A stretch of 63,541 bases of DNA, filler included, from Sluysia triapertura (Eukaryota), in the NCBI GenBank assembly GCA_046118255.1. It is 5 parts of 5 records of this genome, joined end to end, with 100 filler letters (N's around TTAATTAATTAA, not from the genome) between each part and the next. Parts side by side here need not be neighbours in the genome. Positions count along the whole stretch, not along the records: positions 26,389 to 38,580 come from JBJNIA010130404.1; positions 38,681 to 52,762 come from JBJNIA010006550.1; 3 more parts are not named here. The stretch is one strand, 5' to 3'. Position 1 is the first letter of the stretch. Each line of letters starts with the position of its first letter. Below the pieces are notes generated by a model. It did no database searches and was not told where the DNA came from. It saw only the letters and a list, made by a program, of their open reading frames with translations. The translations under genes were made by a program, and so were the position numbers. Shown in pieces: positions 27,761 through 40,800 of this stretch.

Positions 27761-28105
27761 CATCTCTATAGAGGCCAGCTTCAATGTCCATAAATATTCT
27801 GATATTTTGATTGTAACTTAACTTTATATTTGTAAAAATTTGTAAAATAAATTGAAGAATAATATCTTTTATCAGACTGAAATTTACTTGAATAATTTAT
27901 CTCAAACAAAATAGTTTCTCTGAATGCTTTTCGAAATTATTTTAAAATTATTATTTTAAATTATTAGAACATAATTTAGAAAGTGGGAAAATTTTTATTA
28001 ATTTTTTACAATTATAAATAATCTTCCCCAAATGGAGGTTTATTCAAAAGTCTCCCGTTAAGTGATTGTAAAATTATCTCAGTGATATTTTCCACAAACG
28101 GAAAA

Positions 28106-28106
<1 letters not shown>

Positions 28107-28153
<47 letters not shown>

Positions 28154-28154
28154 C

Positions 28155-28186
<32 letters not shown>

Positions 28187-28190
28187 ATTA
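28107..28190. repeat. (ATT/ATC)n microsatellite
   Basis: Direct observation. Confidence 0.9.
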
Positions 28191-28249
28191 ATCTTATTAT
28201 TAAAACTAATTATAATCATTTTGTACATTATTATTATTATCGTTAAATA

Positions 28250-30200
28250 TAATCAGGGTTACTATTTTAATCTTAAAAAATTTTCAACAAAATCGTGTCG
28301 TACAGTATAGAGTATATTAACATTTATTAATTGCTAGTGATTAATATTCGATTATTGATTATTTGTTATTTGTTAATATTATTTATACATGTGAATCTAC
28401 ATTCTACAATATTTGCTTCATTTTACATTTGAATTTTTATTTTTGAAATATTTAATTTAAACCTGGATTTTTTTGGATTTTTAAAGTAAGAAAATGTATT
28501 TAAAAAATTTTGTAAATTAGAACATTTGAATTTTTATTTTTGGAATATATGATTTAAATCTGGATTTTCCTGGACTTTTAAAGTATGAAAATATATTAAA
28601 ACTTCTGTTGATTAAAGAATTATATTTTATTAATTAAGAAATTTTTAAAGTAAACTAACCTGATTGTAAATTAAAATAAATTTAAGTAAATAATAAATAA
28701 GTAAATTGTTTTAATAAATTAATTTTTGATATTTGTTTTAATCTGACTAAAAACAAATATAAATACACTTAAATTTTATGCTTATTTCTTGTTCAAAGAA
28801 AAAGATTGTAAATTATCACGTTAGTTTAATTATTATAAGTTAGATATTTATATAATATCATTAGCAAAATATTCTTAAATTAGTGATCTAACTTGGGATC
28901 CTGTAGAAGATCCATAGCATAATCCTTTTTAAATTTTGTATTTATTAATAAACTAAGTAGATAAAGTTAGTTTCGGTAAATTTTTATTATTAACTTTTTA
29001 GACGATTTTGTATTATTTTGGTAATAAAGTTTTTTTAAGCAATTATTTAATTTCATATAGTTTTAAAATCAAAAAATTAATTGTCACATTTGTTTTCTAT
29101 AGACTAGAATTTAATTCTAGGAAGCAAAATATATTTTATTGATTTCATATAACGGAATCTTCGAAAGATTGTGATTTATTTTTAATAGTTAAAGTTCTCA
29201 AGAAATTCCTTTAAATATTTTAGATTTAATTACATTTGACAATCTTAGTAGATATCAGCAAAATTTACCTCCAGGTAGGATTAAGCATTAAGGCTCCGTT
29301 ATTGTATTTTTGAAACTTTGTTCACCAAATCCAATGGCTGGCCCTAACTGATAAGCCCAGTACGTTGGTGAACTCACATATTTGACTCGCTTTATTCTAT
29401 CTACTTTACTTTTCTCACAGAAGGGAAGATCTATGATTATAGTTATTATTATTAATATTATTGAATTTTTTTGAATAATTTTAGCGTTAAATTGATTTTA
29501 TTTGGCTTTATTACTTTCTAAATTACTTTCCATTTTTCGGCTATTAAGTCTGAAAGAGCTACTCGATAAGATATACATATTATTTATTTCAATTTTTTCA
29601 GATATTGCTATTTTAATTTTTGTTGTTTGTTATTTTTTTGAATAGATTGTTGTGGTCGTATATTGTCATAAATTTTATTGTAAATTTCGAAATTTAGTTA
29701 TCTTTCATTTAGTTTACTCATGTTATTGGTCAAGCAGAGAATTATAATAACGACTTGTATTCGATTTTTTAATTATTATATTATTGACTTATTGTTAATA
29801 TTTTAAATTAAAAACGTAATTTTTGGGTTGAATAAATATCATTATTAAAAAAGAAAATTTGTGATAAGTTATAATTGATTTAGTGAATTTTATTTAAGTA
29901 AAGTAAATTAACATTGGATTATTAATAATTTTAAATAAAAAACGCAAAATGACACTACCAAAATTGTAATATTCTCCAAATTAAAAAGAAGTTTAAAGAA
30001 AGTAATAGTTAATCTTTATCTTTTAATAATTCGAATCTATCACACAATTTTATACTTACGGTTTTTAGTTCACGATCCCATTAATCCTTGTGAAATTAGT
30101 AACGAAATCAACTCCTTATAGTAATATTATAATAACATTTATCATAGTAATTTATTAATAATGAATGATACAAAACCGACACTTACAGTCAAACGAAAAT
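28250..30200 (-). repeat. Family X unclassified coding-like repeat, copy C
   Basis: Collinear patches of identity with 56950-59450: 28733/57287, 28817-28937/57492-57615, CTAGAATTTAATTCTAG at 29104/57797, 29327-29420/57981-58060, 29496/58267, ACCGACAC at 30175/59430. Translation DRIKRVKYVSSPTYWAYQLGPAIGF...KIPLYEINK...FLELNS. Confidence 0.8.
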
Positions 30201-31971
30201 ATATTAAATTTGACAAATATCAGATTCATAAGCTCATCAAAATGATTGATGTGATTAATTATATTTTCTATTTTTTAATAAACACAACTAATTTTAAATT
30301 AACATTTTATAGCATTATATTTCTCAGATAACTTTCAACTTAACTGTTGATGTGATTTTTTCTTCTTTTAGTAACTTCTAGCCTAGGAAAATAATTTTCA
30401 ATGCGAAATAGGTCATTAAATTAAATAAGTCATTCTTATTAAAAGCGAATAACCTACCATCATAAATAATTTAAATTTGTTAGTGAGTCCACTTTTGATA
30501 CAAGTCTTAAGTATCCAAGGACTTGTTAATAAAATTTTTATAAAAGAATTGCGTAAAAAAGAATTACTATGTAAACGTCTGTGTAAAAATTTTTATACTA
30601 ATCTCAAAGATATTTCAGAATGTTAATTGATTCTGGAGTTATTAAGAGTTTAATCCAAGGCTCGTTATTAATTGTGTGATTTTAAGTCATTCTTTATAAG
30701 TAAAGCGTGAAAAAAGTCAGTTTAAGAACCTATTTATAATGGCTACAAAATGTGACACGGTCTCTTGCCAACTATGTGTTATTTCGTAGATAGAAGTTTG
30801 TATTTGTATCGCTCTGCAAATACAAATAATACCATAAATATTTAATCTTTATTTATGATGAGACACTACAGATTAAATGTTTAGGTAGTATTAAATAAGT
30901 TTTTATAAAGTTAATAAATATTTTATTCAAAATAGTATTGCTATTATACTGTATTCATTTTAATATTTAGGCAGTTCAAATAAGAATAAATTTACAATAA
31001 ATAACAGTGTCAACGTATTTAAAGTTTTTACTTTAAAAATGTAACAGGATTTTAATTTATGATTTTCATTAGCTATTTAAAATTCTGCAAAAAATTAAAA
31101 ACTGATTTGAACTACGATAAATAAATGAAATAGAGTTAAAATTGTGAAAACTTTCAGTACAAAACTAGCGTTAATTACAATTTTATACATGATTAGATGA
31201 GAGTTTCTAATTTGAGTAATTGTTTAGTGTTGGTGCTTGAAAATTTTGAAATTAAATTAGTATAAATTGTTGATCTAGTGTTATTAACGAAAATGTAATT
31301 TTGTATGTTTTTTCTTGGAACATTTATGCGCACTAGCGCTTCTATTTATAGTCAAATTTTTGTGACTTTTAATTTCATATTCATTTTTCTACTACATAAT
31401 TTTTTAATGATCAGTTTAACAAAATCAATAACAAGGCTTCTAGGTCTTTTATAACACTTAGAATTTATTAAAATAACAATTTCTTGTGTATATACATCAA
31501 TGATCCAATTTTTCTACGATTGATAGGTTATAACATCTTTCATTCAATGTATAAATTTTGCAAAAATATCACTTTAATCAAATATTAATTTACAAAACTT
31601 ATTTTAATTAAGTTAATTAAATATGCACTTATATAATTTTATACCTTAAAACACATTTTAAGGTTTTCATAGCTGTTTTCTTATGCTATCCAAATATAGC
31701 ACATGAACGATATTGTTCTAGACTTTTTTAGATATACCTTTATGTATAATTTTTAATGCAACAATATAACTCGAATAAATTTTTACTAAATATTTTATAT
31801 ATCTTTAAAATATAAAAATTTATACAAAATCCAAGGTATTAGTACTTTAAAGGATATAATGTTTCAAAATATGCAATCACTACTGAATGTTACTGGAGAG
31901 GGAAATATTAAAAAAAAGCAGTTATTTTCTCGGGAGTGAATGATTTATTTTAAGCACTTTCATATTTTAAG

Positions 31972-32122
31972 TGTTGGAGCAAGGGCCTAAAGTACCATGT
32001 TAAATTAGGATAGTAATATTGACTAAAATAAAATAAAATTGTTAGACGGGTTTGTTAGCTCAGTGAGTAGAGCACCAAACTGCGCATCGATTCCCAGTCA
32101 GTCCATTTTGTGAAGTCTAACA
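31972..32122 (+). repeat. tRNA-derived short repeat, copy 2
   Basis: TAGCTCAGTGAGTAGAGCA (A box/D arm) and TCGATTCCC (B box). TGTT...AACA termini and an internal perfect inverted pair TGTTAGAC (32040) / GTCTAACA (32115). Confidence 0.8.
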
Positions 32123-32623
32123 TAGTGTTGGGTTTGTGGGAAAATAAAATGACTGAAAGAATATAGCAGCTTCAAGGTAAAGGGATCAATATTTTATAAA
32201 ATTGTACAAAAAATTTATAAGTACATTAATTAATTAATTTAATTAGAATTGTTTGAAAATCATTTTTAATCGATAACTTTTCTTAAGGTGTTTGCGTGGA
32301 GGTGATATCACGCATAATAAAATAAATCGTTAAATGTATCAATGTTGTGAACAGCAAGATGGTGTGAAATACGTCAACGTAGATAACGTGAAATCATTAT
32401 TTTTAATTGATTTTCTTTATTATAAAGTTAAATTTCTACGTATTATAATGAGCATACATAATAAAAGAATATATCAATTATGGCTCATTAAGAGATAATT
32501 CTAAATATGTTATTGATAATGTGTTTCGTGTTATATCAAAAGTTATTATTGAAAATTAGTTTTATAATTGATTAGATTTTTATTCAATCTAAATTAATCT
32601 ATTGTTGTATTGACAAGTATTAT

Positions 32624-32769
32624 TGTTGAGACACAGGCCTAAAGTGCCATGTAGTACAATTGACTACAGTAATCTAAAAATTGTTAGATTTGGCTGATAG
32701 CTCAGTGGGTAAAACATCGAACTGCGCAGCGAAAGGTCCCGGGTCAGTCCGTTTTATGAAGTCATAACA
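32624..32769 (+). repeat. tRNA-derived short repeat, copy 3
   Basis: TAGCTCAGTGGGTAAAACATCGAACTGCGCAGCGAAAGGTCCCGGGT with the B box deleted. Termini TGTTGAGAC...GTCATAACA. Confidence 0.8.
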
Positions 32770-35199
32770 CTCTGATCTTAAATTTTAATTTTATTATTTT
32801 CAAAAGGTAAGAGTTTGTTTGCCACAAAACTCATTACCTTTGGATAATTGCTAAATAATATTAAGACGGAAATTCGACGGAAATTTATGCTGAAATTCGA
32901 TTAATTTAATTGGTCGGCATAAAACCAATTCTAAGAAGTAAGCATGTTTTGTCAACATGCACAATAATTAAGTCGAATTCCCGATTTTCTAGAAATTATC
33001 CAAACACTATATAAAGAACCACATTTTTCTATCGTTCATACAAAAATAGAATAAAAGAAAATTATTATAACTTTTGTTGTAAGAAGGCTGATTTAATACA
33101 GTAATGGTAAACACTGATTGAATCTTAAAATTCTCTAGAAATCGGACTAAATTTTATTAAAAATCCAACTTATTGGTGGTTAGTTTAGTCATGAGCTTTT
33201 ATTATTTATTTATTGTATTTTGGGTACTAACATTTATTTGTATTATGTAGCCTGAATTTTATTTTATTAAAGACTTTATTTCGTAAAAGACTGCCTTATA
33301 TTGACTTAATCATTATTTGATTTTTATTGTGATATATTGTAATGTTGGATTTGAAAATTTGTAAATGTATTTGTAAATTAATATATGTTGTGAAGTTTTT
33401 ATCAAATATTTATTATTATATTAAAATAAATAATAAAATATAATTTTAATATTAATGGAACTTGAATTAATTAATAATTATAAAAAATAAAAATAATAAT
33501 AGAAATAATATTAAAAATTTTTATAAAATTAATAAAGAAATTACATTAAATTAATTTAATTTAAGTAAAAAGAATTAAAATCTTCATTGTTTTAATCTTT
33601 ATTTATTTTGTTTATTTATTTCAATTATTGTTCAATTATTAGAAGACATTTTGAAAAATAAATTATTTTAATTTTGGAAGACCTTTTGAAGAAAATTAAC
33701 TATAAATAGGTGAGTTCTATCATAAAATGACTTAAGATTAGAATGGGATTAGAAATTAAAATTTCAGTTTAGATACCGAAGACTTTTATCATGACAGACA
33801 ACTGTCTGGAGCTTTTCGATATCATTTGTTTATAGTTTCTGATGTTTTATGCCACGCAACTGAAATTATTAGAAGCTTTTAAATTTGTTGTCGTATTAGT
33901 GTTGTCCATTATTATTTTTAAATTCTGTTTTAAATTTTTTAAATTTTCTTATAATATTCTGAATATATTATGTTTATATCAAATTAATGTTGGATAAATT
34001 TTTGACATTTTAATCAAAAATTTGTTGTCCGCTAAATTTGGAATTGCACATCATTTTTTTGCTAAAGTTTAAAATATTTTTCCAATCCATGATACTTAAA
34101 TACATTCATTGTAATATTCCATAAAGAAATTTATTATTGATTGCTGATACGGATTTTACAATACTAAATTCATATCTCAAAATAAGTTTTAACTTGTATT
34201 AATTCCTTTTTTACTATGTCTAAACTTATTGGGTACAAAATATACAAACTAGTGGCAAAGCATGCATAACCGACGTTTTAAAATAACTTGTGCTACATAG
34301 CATTTCCTTTAAAAATAGTCTTCCAAAAAGAACGTTTTGCAGATGAAGATATTTGATTAACTTTATGCAAATATTATTTATAATATTTTAATTAATTGTT
34401 ACAATGATTACTATGTAAAATATTTCATATATCGAACATAATAACAATTGAAATTAACCAAAAAATCTTGTTTATCTTGGAAACCATTTGGCACCCGGTC
34501 ATAATAGACACTGTTATCCCATCGTTATGCTACTGATGAAGTAATACTGTAATAATTTTTTTATTGTTTATAAGTTTGTTTAATGTAGTTAATTTAGTTT
34601 TGACTTCTTCTAAGTCTTTGTAATTTAGCTTTTATCTCTTTAAATCTGTATCAAGTTCAGATATGTCTGAATATTATTTTATACTATAAAAGTCCTTACT
34701 CTAAATTATCAATTCAAATCTCTTTATAAAATTTATAGTTATTTGGAACTTCAACTAATATTATTACTTTATATTAAACTTAACTTGAGGTATGAGTCGA
34801 TATACTTGTCCTTGTTGTTCAGGATAGAAGTGCTCAATTACTATTCAATAATAATGTTCTTTAAAATAATTTTAGTAGTGGTGCCACTCTCGGCTAACTT
34901 TAGTACTTCGGTTTAAATTAAATTAAAATAAATAAATAATAATAATAATCACTCATTATCTCACTCTTGAATTCAAAATATTTGTGTTAACAAAAATAAT
35001 TAATATTCAAAATATTCTAAATTAAAAAATAAAATATTATGTTAATTTAAAAATATTATGTTTATATTAATATTATGTTGTTAATATTATGTTTATATTA
35101 ATATTAAGTTGTTTGTTAATATTATGTTTATATTAATATTATGTTGTTGACAATAGTTTTTGACGAGTTGTATTTGTATGAATCTAAAATTTTATTCAA

Positions 35200-35969
35200 A
35201 TATCTTTTTGTAAACAATATTTTTGGTTGTTGAAGTATCTTAGGGTAATTGAATCTTTAACAAATATACTAATTTGCCCAAGACAATGCTACAAAACTAC
35301 CTGTTTGCAAATGCGGAAGAATCCAGATGAATTCCAACTTTGTTAAGCGTTTGTTCTTGAGACTTGTTAATTGCCATTGTGAAAATTAAGCCATTAGGAA
35401 ACTGCTTTCGCTTAAATTTAAAGGGACAAGTCGTCCATTTGCTCTAACGAATTGTTGGTAGCAAAATGTCTTACTGCAAAATTTCCACTAACTTCACAAT
35501 CTATAATTCTATAGCAATGGCAACTTTTGATATTCAAGTTTCTTAAAAGCATTAGTATAACTCCAACTTTACGGAGGCAAACCACTGCTTAAATGATTGT
35601 TTTAAAATTCCATTAGATATTCCATTACTTCTTCAGGATCCCAAATTATTTGTTCAACCTTTTAAATATTGTCAAATTTCTGAATAATTTGGTTATTTAA
35701 CTGGTTAACTTTACCATTTGTAGTGCACTAAATAACTTTGATTATATTGAAATGCATCAACAAATATTCCTGTAACCCATTTGTTTTGAAGAGATTTCAA
35801 TAAACATGAAATAAAAATTTTAATAAAAACTTAACAGTCATGTGTAAATTAGATCTATACTTATTTATACACTTATTTATACGCTTATTTATACACTAAT
35901 CTGTTTCTTCAATGTGAATGGTCAATTTTGCAGAAGCGTTACAGACAGACAATTACTTTATTATACAGA
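35200..35969 (-). mobile_element. Helitron remnant (PIF1-like helicase C-terminus plus 5' end)
   Basis: GLPP-KVGVILMLLRNLNI, CPFKFKRKQFPNGLIFTMAINKSQEQTLNKVGIHLD and FVALS. The 5' end A|TCTGTATAATAAAGTAATTGTCTGTCTGT at 35969 resembles Helitron TC starts followed by GTCT repeats. Confidence 0.88.
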
Positions 35970-36339
35970 TATTATAAAATCTATTATTAATAATTTTAAT
36001 ATAATCATGTAATTTATGCTTAATTATAATTTTTGTATTCCATACTGTCCAGTTAAAAAATGTGTCTATTGAAAAAGAAACATTCCCAAATATGGTTAAA
36101 GATAATCAGCTTTATTGTTTGGAATTAGAAGGTAAGTTTATTTTCAATTGATATGAAAGTAATTGAAATCTTATAACATAATTTCGATTAATTTAAAATT
36201 CCTACTGAAATTTTCCATTTGGCTATTTAACACTTGTACGTACAGTAAATTTGACACATTTAAAAGTTCAAATAGGTCCCATCGACCCGCGTATTTTAAT
36301 TTATTGCATATATTAATCACAATGATTTCTTTAAAGATT

Positions 36340-36810
36340 TTTTGGCATACTTCACACAACGTTTTTATTTTCGGGAGCTTCTGCCTGTGCACAATGAACG
36401 CATTTTGTCAACTTTCTTGTTTGCGTTTTCTATTATTTCTTTGACAAGCATTGGCATGAATACTTTTATTGACCTATTCTAGTGTTTTCTATACTTGTTT
36501 CCGATATGGTGAGAGTTACATGTCGCAACATATGTAATGTTGTAAAAGATTGTGACTGGCAACCTGAGAAACTTTCTTGTTGAACAAAACGTTATTAGGT
36601 GATCTAGAGTTTCATTTTCAGGTTCGAAATTTTCCAGGTTTTTCGATGTATTAACACGACGTATTGCCAAGAATGAAAATTTTCATTTTTTTCTGAAGTT
36701 GAGTTAGTAAAAATTTTCTTGATTTGTTATAGTACCAATTAAAGCAGTTTTTTGTGCTTTGAGATGATTTTCCAGATTTAACGAGGTGAAAAAATTATCT
36801 GCTTCCTCAA
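36340..36810 (-). mobile_element. piggyBac transposase remnant
   Basis: ADNFFTSLNLENHLKAQKTALIGT (DNFFTS catalytic motif), ETLDHLITFCSTRKFLRLPVTIFYNITYVATCNS, and a Cys-rich tail. Confidence 0.85.
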
Positions 36811-38580
36811 TTCAGATATGGAAGTGAAACTTATTAATACAAAGTTTAATGCAAAATTCTAGAATATTCTATAATGTAAATTTATAGTTATTCTTCGAAA
36901 GCTTATTATTTAGTAATTTTTTATATCAGATGTCAAACTCCTAATAAAGTTTTATTTTTGTAGGACCAACGAAACCACATGGATTTTAGAGATCTTTTTT
37001 TAATAATTAATGGAAAATTTAATAATCTTTAATAATATTTCTGTAAATGTAAAATTTTATTTCTATAAATATTACTTCCTACTATTTCATTATATTAAAA
37101 TTAGATCAAAATAAATTCATAAAAATTAATGTGATACCCACATGATGAAATTTAGGTTATTGGATGGATATTGGACAACCGAAAGATTTCTTAACTGGAA
37201 TGTGCCTATATTTAGAAAATATGGACAAATCGAACCTCAACATGTGCTTAGATGATAAAAAAATTATTGGAAATGTTTTGATTGTAAGTGCTTTTAATAT
37301 TCATTTAAATATTTCGAATTATACTTGATATAAAGTTTCTCTAAAATATTGTTAAATTATTTTCGTATTTTAATAATTGTGTACGATAAATTGGTAAGTA
37401 ATTGAACAAAGATTAAATGTAATAGTATAGTCAAATAATTTTTGTGTGCTTTGTAGTTTTACCTCAAGTCTTAATTTCTAATGGTGTTCAACTTTAATTC
37501 TAAAAGTTTTACAATTTCTGGTAAGACCTATAAACCTTTTTTTGCAATGTAAAGTAGCTTTATGCTTTAAGGTGTAAACTTGTAACTTTCACAATAATAC
37601 GTTAATTGTTTCTAATTATCGCAAGTTTTAATCTTATGTCTCTTTATATATAACTTATTCAATACTTATTCATTGTAATTTTAATGTCTAGAATCTAGCA
37701 ATTAACCAAATGACTTTTATATAATTCGTTTACTTCAACTGATTTAATTAAAATTAATTTATTAAAATTAATTAAATTATTCAATCTCTTTTTTGAATTT
37801 AATTTAAGTTGGAGATACTCGTCTCTGTTCTTAGAGATGGGAGTGCCAGCTAGTGTTTTATAAATTATTACTTAAAACATTTAAATGTTTAACGGATATG
37901 TAACAACATCCAGTTCCTCCTAACAAATAAAAAGACTTTAATGTATTGATAAAAGTTATTATAAACAGAACAATCCCATACCATAAAAATTTTTAACCAA
38001 ATTTTTAATTATTCTAATTCAAAGAAAATAGTTTTAATTTAATATTTATTTTATGCAAGAAAATAACTCACCTTTAAATGGATCACTTTTAGAAATCGTT
38101 TATTTAACAGTCAAGATCAAAATGTCGTTTCTTTTTCAACCACAAAATTATTACCAAATCATTACGAATTATTGTTTCCAAATGTTTACAATCAACATAA
38201 TGTTAATCACAGCATTACGAATAATAAATATTCACCAAATATAACAAATTGTCCACAAAATAATTACGAAATAATAATCGCAAATTATTACAGAATCTTT
38301 TTTGTGTGAAAATTATTGTTTAAGATGCTTATATATTAGATTTTTATGAACTAAAATTAAATGCAATATAATTCCTTACTTTCGTGCAAATCGGAATATT
38401 TAACTAGAACCGACATCCACGTTATAAATTCTACCAGCGCAGCTAATTATAAACTAATCAAATTCACAGCATTTATATTGGGTTGAGGAATAATTCATGA
38501 GCGTTTTTTTCAAATTTATTTTAAACAAAAAAACTACAACGATTTAATCAATAATATACTCTCCGTTGTTGTTTACAACT

Positions 38581-38680
38581 NNNNNNNNNNNNNNNNNNNN
38601 NNNNNNNNNNNNNNNNNNNNNNNNTTAATTAATTAANNNNNNNNNNNNNNNNNNNNNNNNNNNNNNNNNNNNNNNNNNNN
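38581..38680. other. Artificial contig-join linker
   Basis: N-TTAATTAATTAA-N, 100 nt. Confidence 0.98.
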
Positions 38681-39559
38681 GTATATATTGGAACACAATT
38701 TGAAAATGCTTTATTGTCTATTATTATATTTGAATTTAAATTTAATTTAAATTTAATGTCAATACAGAAAGACAGTCATAAGTAATCAATACCAAACAAT
38801 TCTGATGTAAATTCTACATCTTGCTATGCATTTCAAAAATCAGCTTGCACCAATCATATAGCATTTTAAACATTCATTCAAATTCAACATTCAGCATTCA
38901 TTTAACAAATTATGCAACCTTTATCACAACTATAAACATCGCACTTCTAGCAACCGTAGCTTTAAAACTTCTGAATACATGGCATAGCTGATTATAAAAC
39001 GCTTATATCTCATACTGAACATTCAAATGTTCATGAGGCTTTTTGCATATAGTGCAGTGCAGAATCAGAAAACGTTTTTTATAGTCTTAAATAATTTAGT
39101 GATTCTTTTTGAAACACAAATATACCTTATATTAATCAAATTACTAAAATAAACTAGGATTCATATTGTACCATACAAATACAAACAACCTCATCTTTAC
39201 TTCCAGGAGTACTCCAATCTTAAAATCATACACTACGGCAATATTCTTAACATTTTCAACCAACATTCCAAATTAATCATTATAACAATCACAATATTAA
39301 CAATAGTTTTGTTTAAATTACTCTAGGCATCTACAGTTATTCTAAGTCATATCTCTAATTATACCAAACACATCAATCTATTAAATACTTATAATAATTC
39401 AAGTGAGAAATAACATACAATTTTCGTAGATGTATCGGAAAACCTTCAAAACAATTCATGACAACATCATAAACATTCTTAAAATTAGAAAGTTTTAAAC
39501 TCAAATCAAACATTAAAATAAATCACGAAAATTTCAATTAATTTTATTTAATTTTAATA

Positions 39560-40800
39560 ATAATAATAATGTGGAATTTGCTTTGACAATAAAATATTTA
39601 TGTAGTATGTGTGTGAGTTCATCTAGAATCCCAAACTTACATGTTGCAGTTAGTCCATAGAATTTAAAAAAATAATATGTACTTACTTAATATGTACTTT
39701 ATTAACTTCTTAAAGAATTATTACTTTAAAACAATTTGAGGATTAGTGTATCGCTTTATAGTGAAATTGGAATAAATTTTAAATCTTACTTAGAGTTTAA
39801 TCTGTTATTGGAGTTTCGTCTCTTTTCAATGAATTAATGTAGAGATTCATTAGATAGAACCGTTAAAAGGTTATACTACATTTATTTTTAAAATAGAACC
39901 TCATAGGATGATGGTAGTGTTAATTTTAGTGTAAAATTATGACTATATAATTTTGACACTTTAAATAAGATTTTATTAAGAATTTTATTAAGATTCTTTC
40001 AATAAATAGAACTTTTTGAGAATATTTTATTTTGAATGTTTCAAAATAATTGTTGAATTTTAGGCATACATATTAATTAAAGAATTTACGTATGATCCAC
40101 TTTAAAAGGATCAATTAATTTGTATTACTTTATTTTTTACACATGGTAACGAAGAATATCTTTTAAAATTAAAATAAAATATATGCAATTTTTTCTCTTA
40201 AACTTATTTGTAAATTATCTGAGAAGTCGGTTCGCCTAATATAAACGATTTATACCACTAGTTGGAGACGTACTATTAGGATTTTTTTCTTAATTATACT
40301 TAACTAACTTTTTACTTATGATTTAGTTTTAACTTCTATCACTTGAAGCACTTTAATTAATTTATACTACAACCCTTTACTAGATGTTGTTTAATTAGAC
40401 TTTTATATTTTATAATTACGCAATCCGTATTAAGGTGTTGCTTTGAAAACTGTTCTTTAAATTTATATATTACGCAACCTGTATTAAGGTGTTGTTTTAC
40501 AAAAACGAATTTTAAATTAATAAACACTTAAGAAATCCTTAAGGTATATTAACAGTACACAAATAGAACTTACAAAAAATAGCGTATAAGAATAATATTT
40601 TAGTCAACTACTCAATATTAGTTGGTAGTTTTTTAAATATTTTAAGATTTTCCGCAACCCGTATTAAGGTGTTTAAGTGTATTTTAGGTTTCCTTTCTTA
40701 AAGTGAAACCATAAAACTTATTAAAATAAGAATTACTTGTTATGCATGGAATTGAAATAATAAAAATTTTCTTCTGGAACGTTAATTTGAAATTCTAAAA
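39560..40800 (+). repeat. Family X unclassified coding-like repeat, copy D (more diverged)
   Basis: GTGAGTTCA...TTAG.CCATAGAATTT at 39613-39665 resembles the family motif. IKEFTYDPL*KD at about 40076 aligns with IKDFTTDL (copy F) and KKDYAMDLLQD (copy C). Confidence 0.55.

Noticed and set aside
31972-32769. Functional tRNA genes
   Set aside because: Each copy lacks part of the cloverleaf (anticodon/variable arm or B box deleted) and they share non-tRNA flanks.
33780-34360. hAT dimerisation-domain relic on the minus strand (SSSAKRSF)
   Set aside because: Single short motif with no supporting context.
38760-39100. Third copy (inverted) of the G/T-skewed block found upstream of the CCCH genes
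   Set aside because: Similar base skew but no alignable conserved words found.
40416-40674. CRISPR array
   Set aside because: Only three repeats, spacers of about 29 and 155 nt, no cas genes, intron-containing eukaryotic context.
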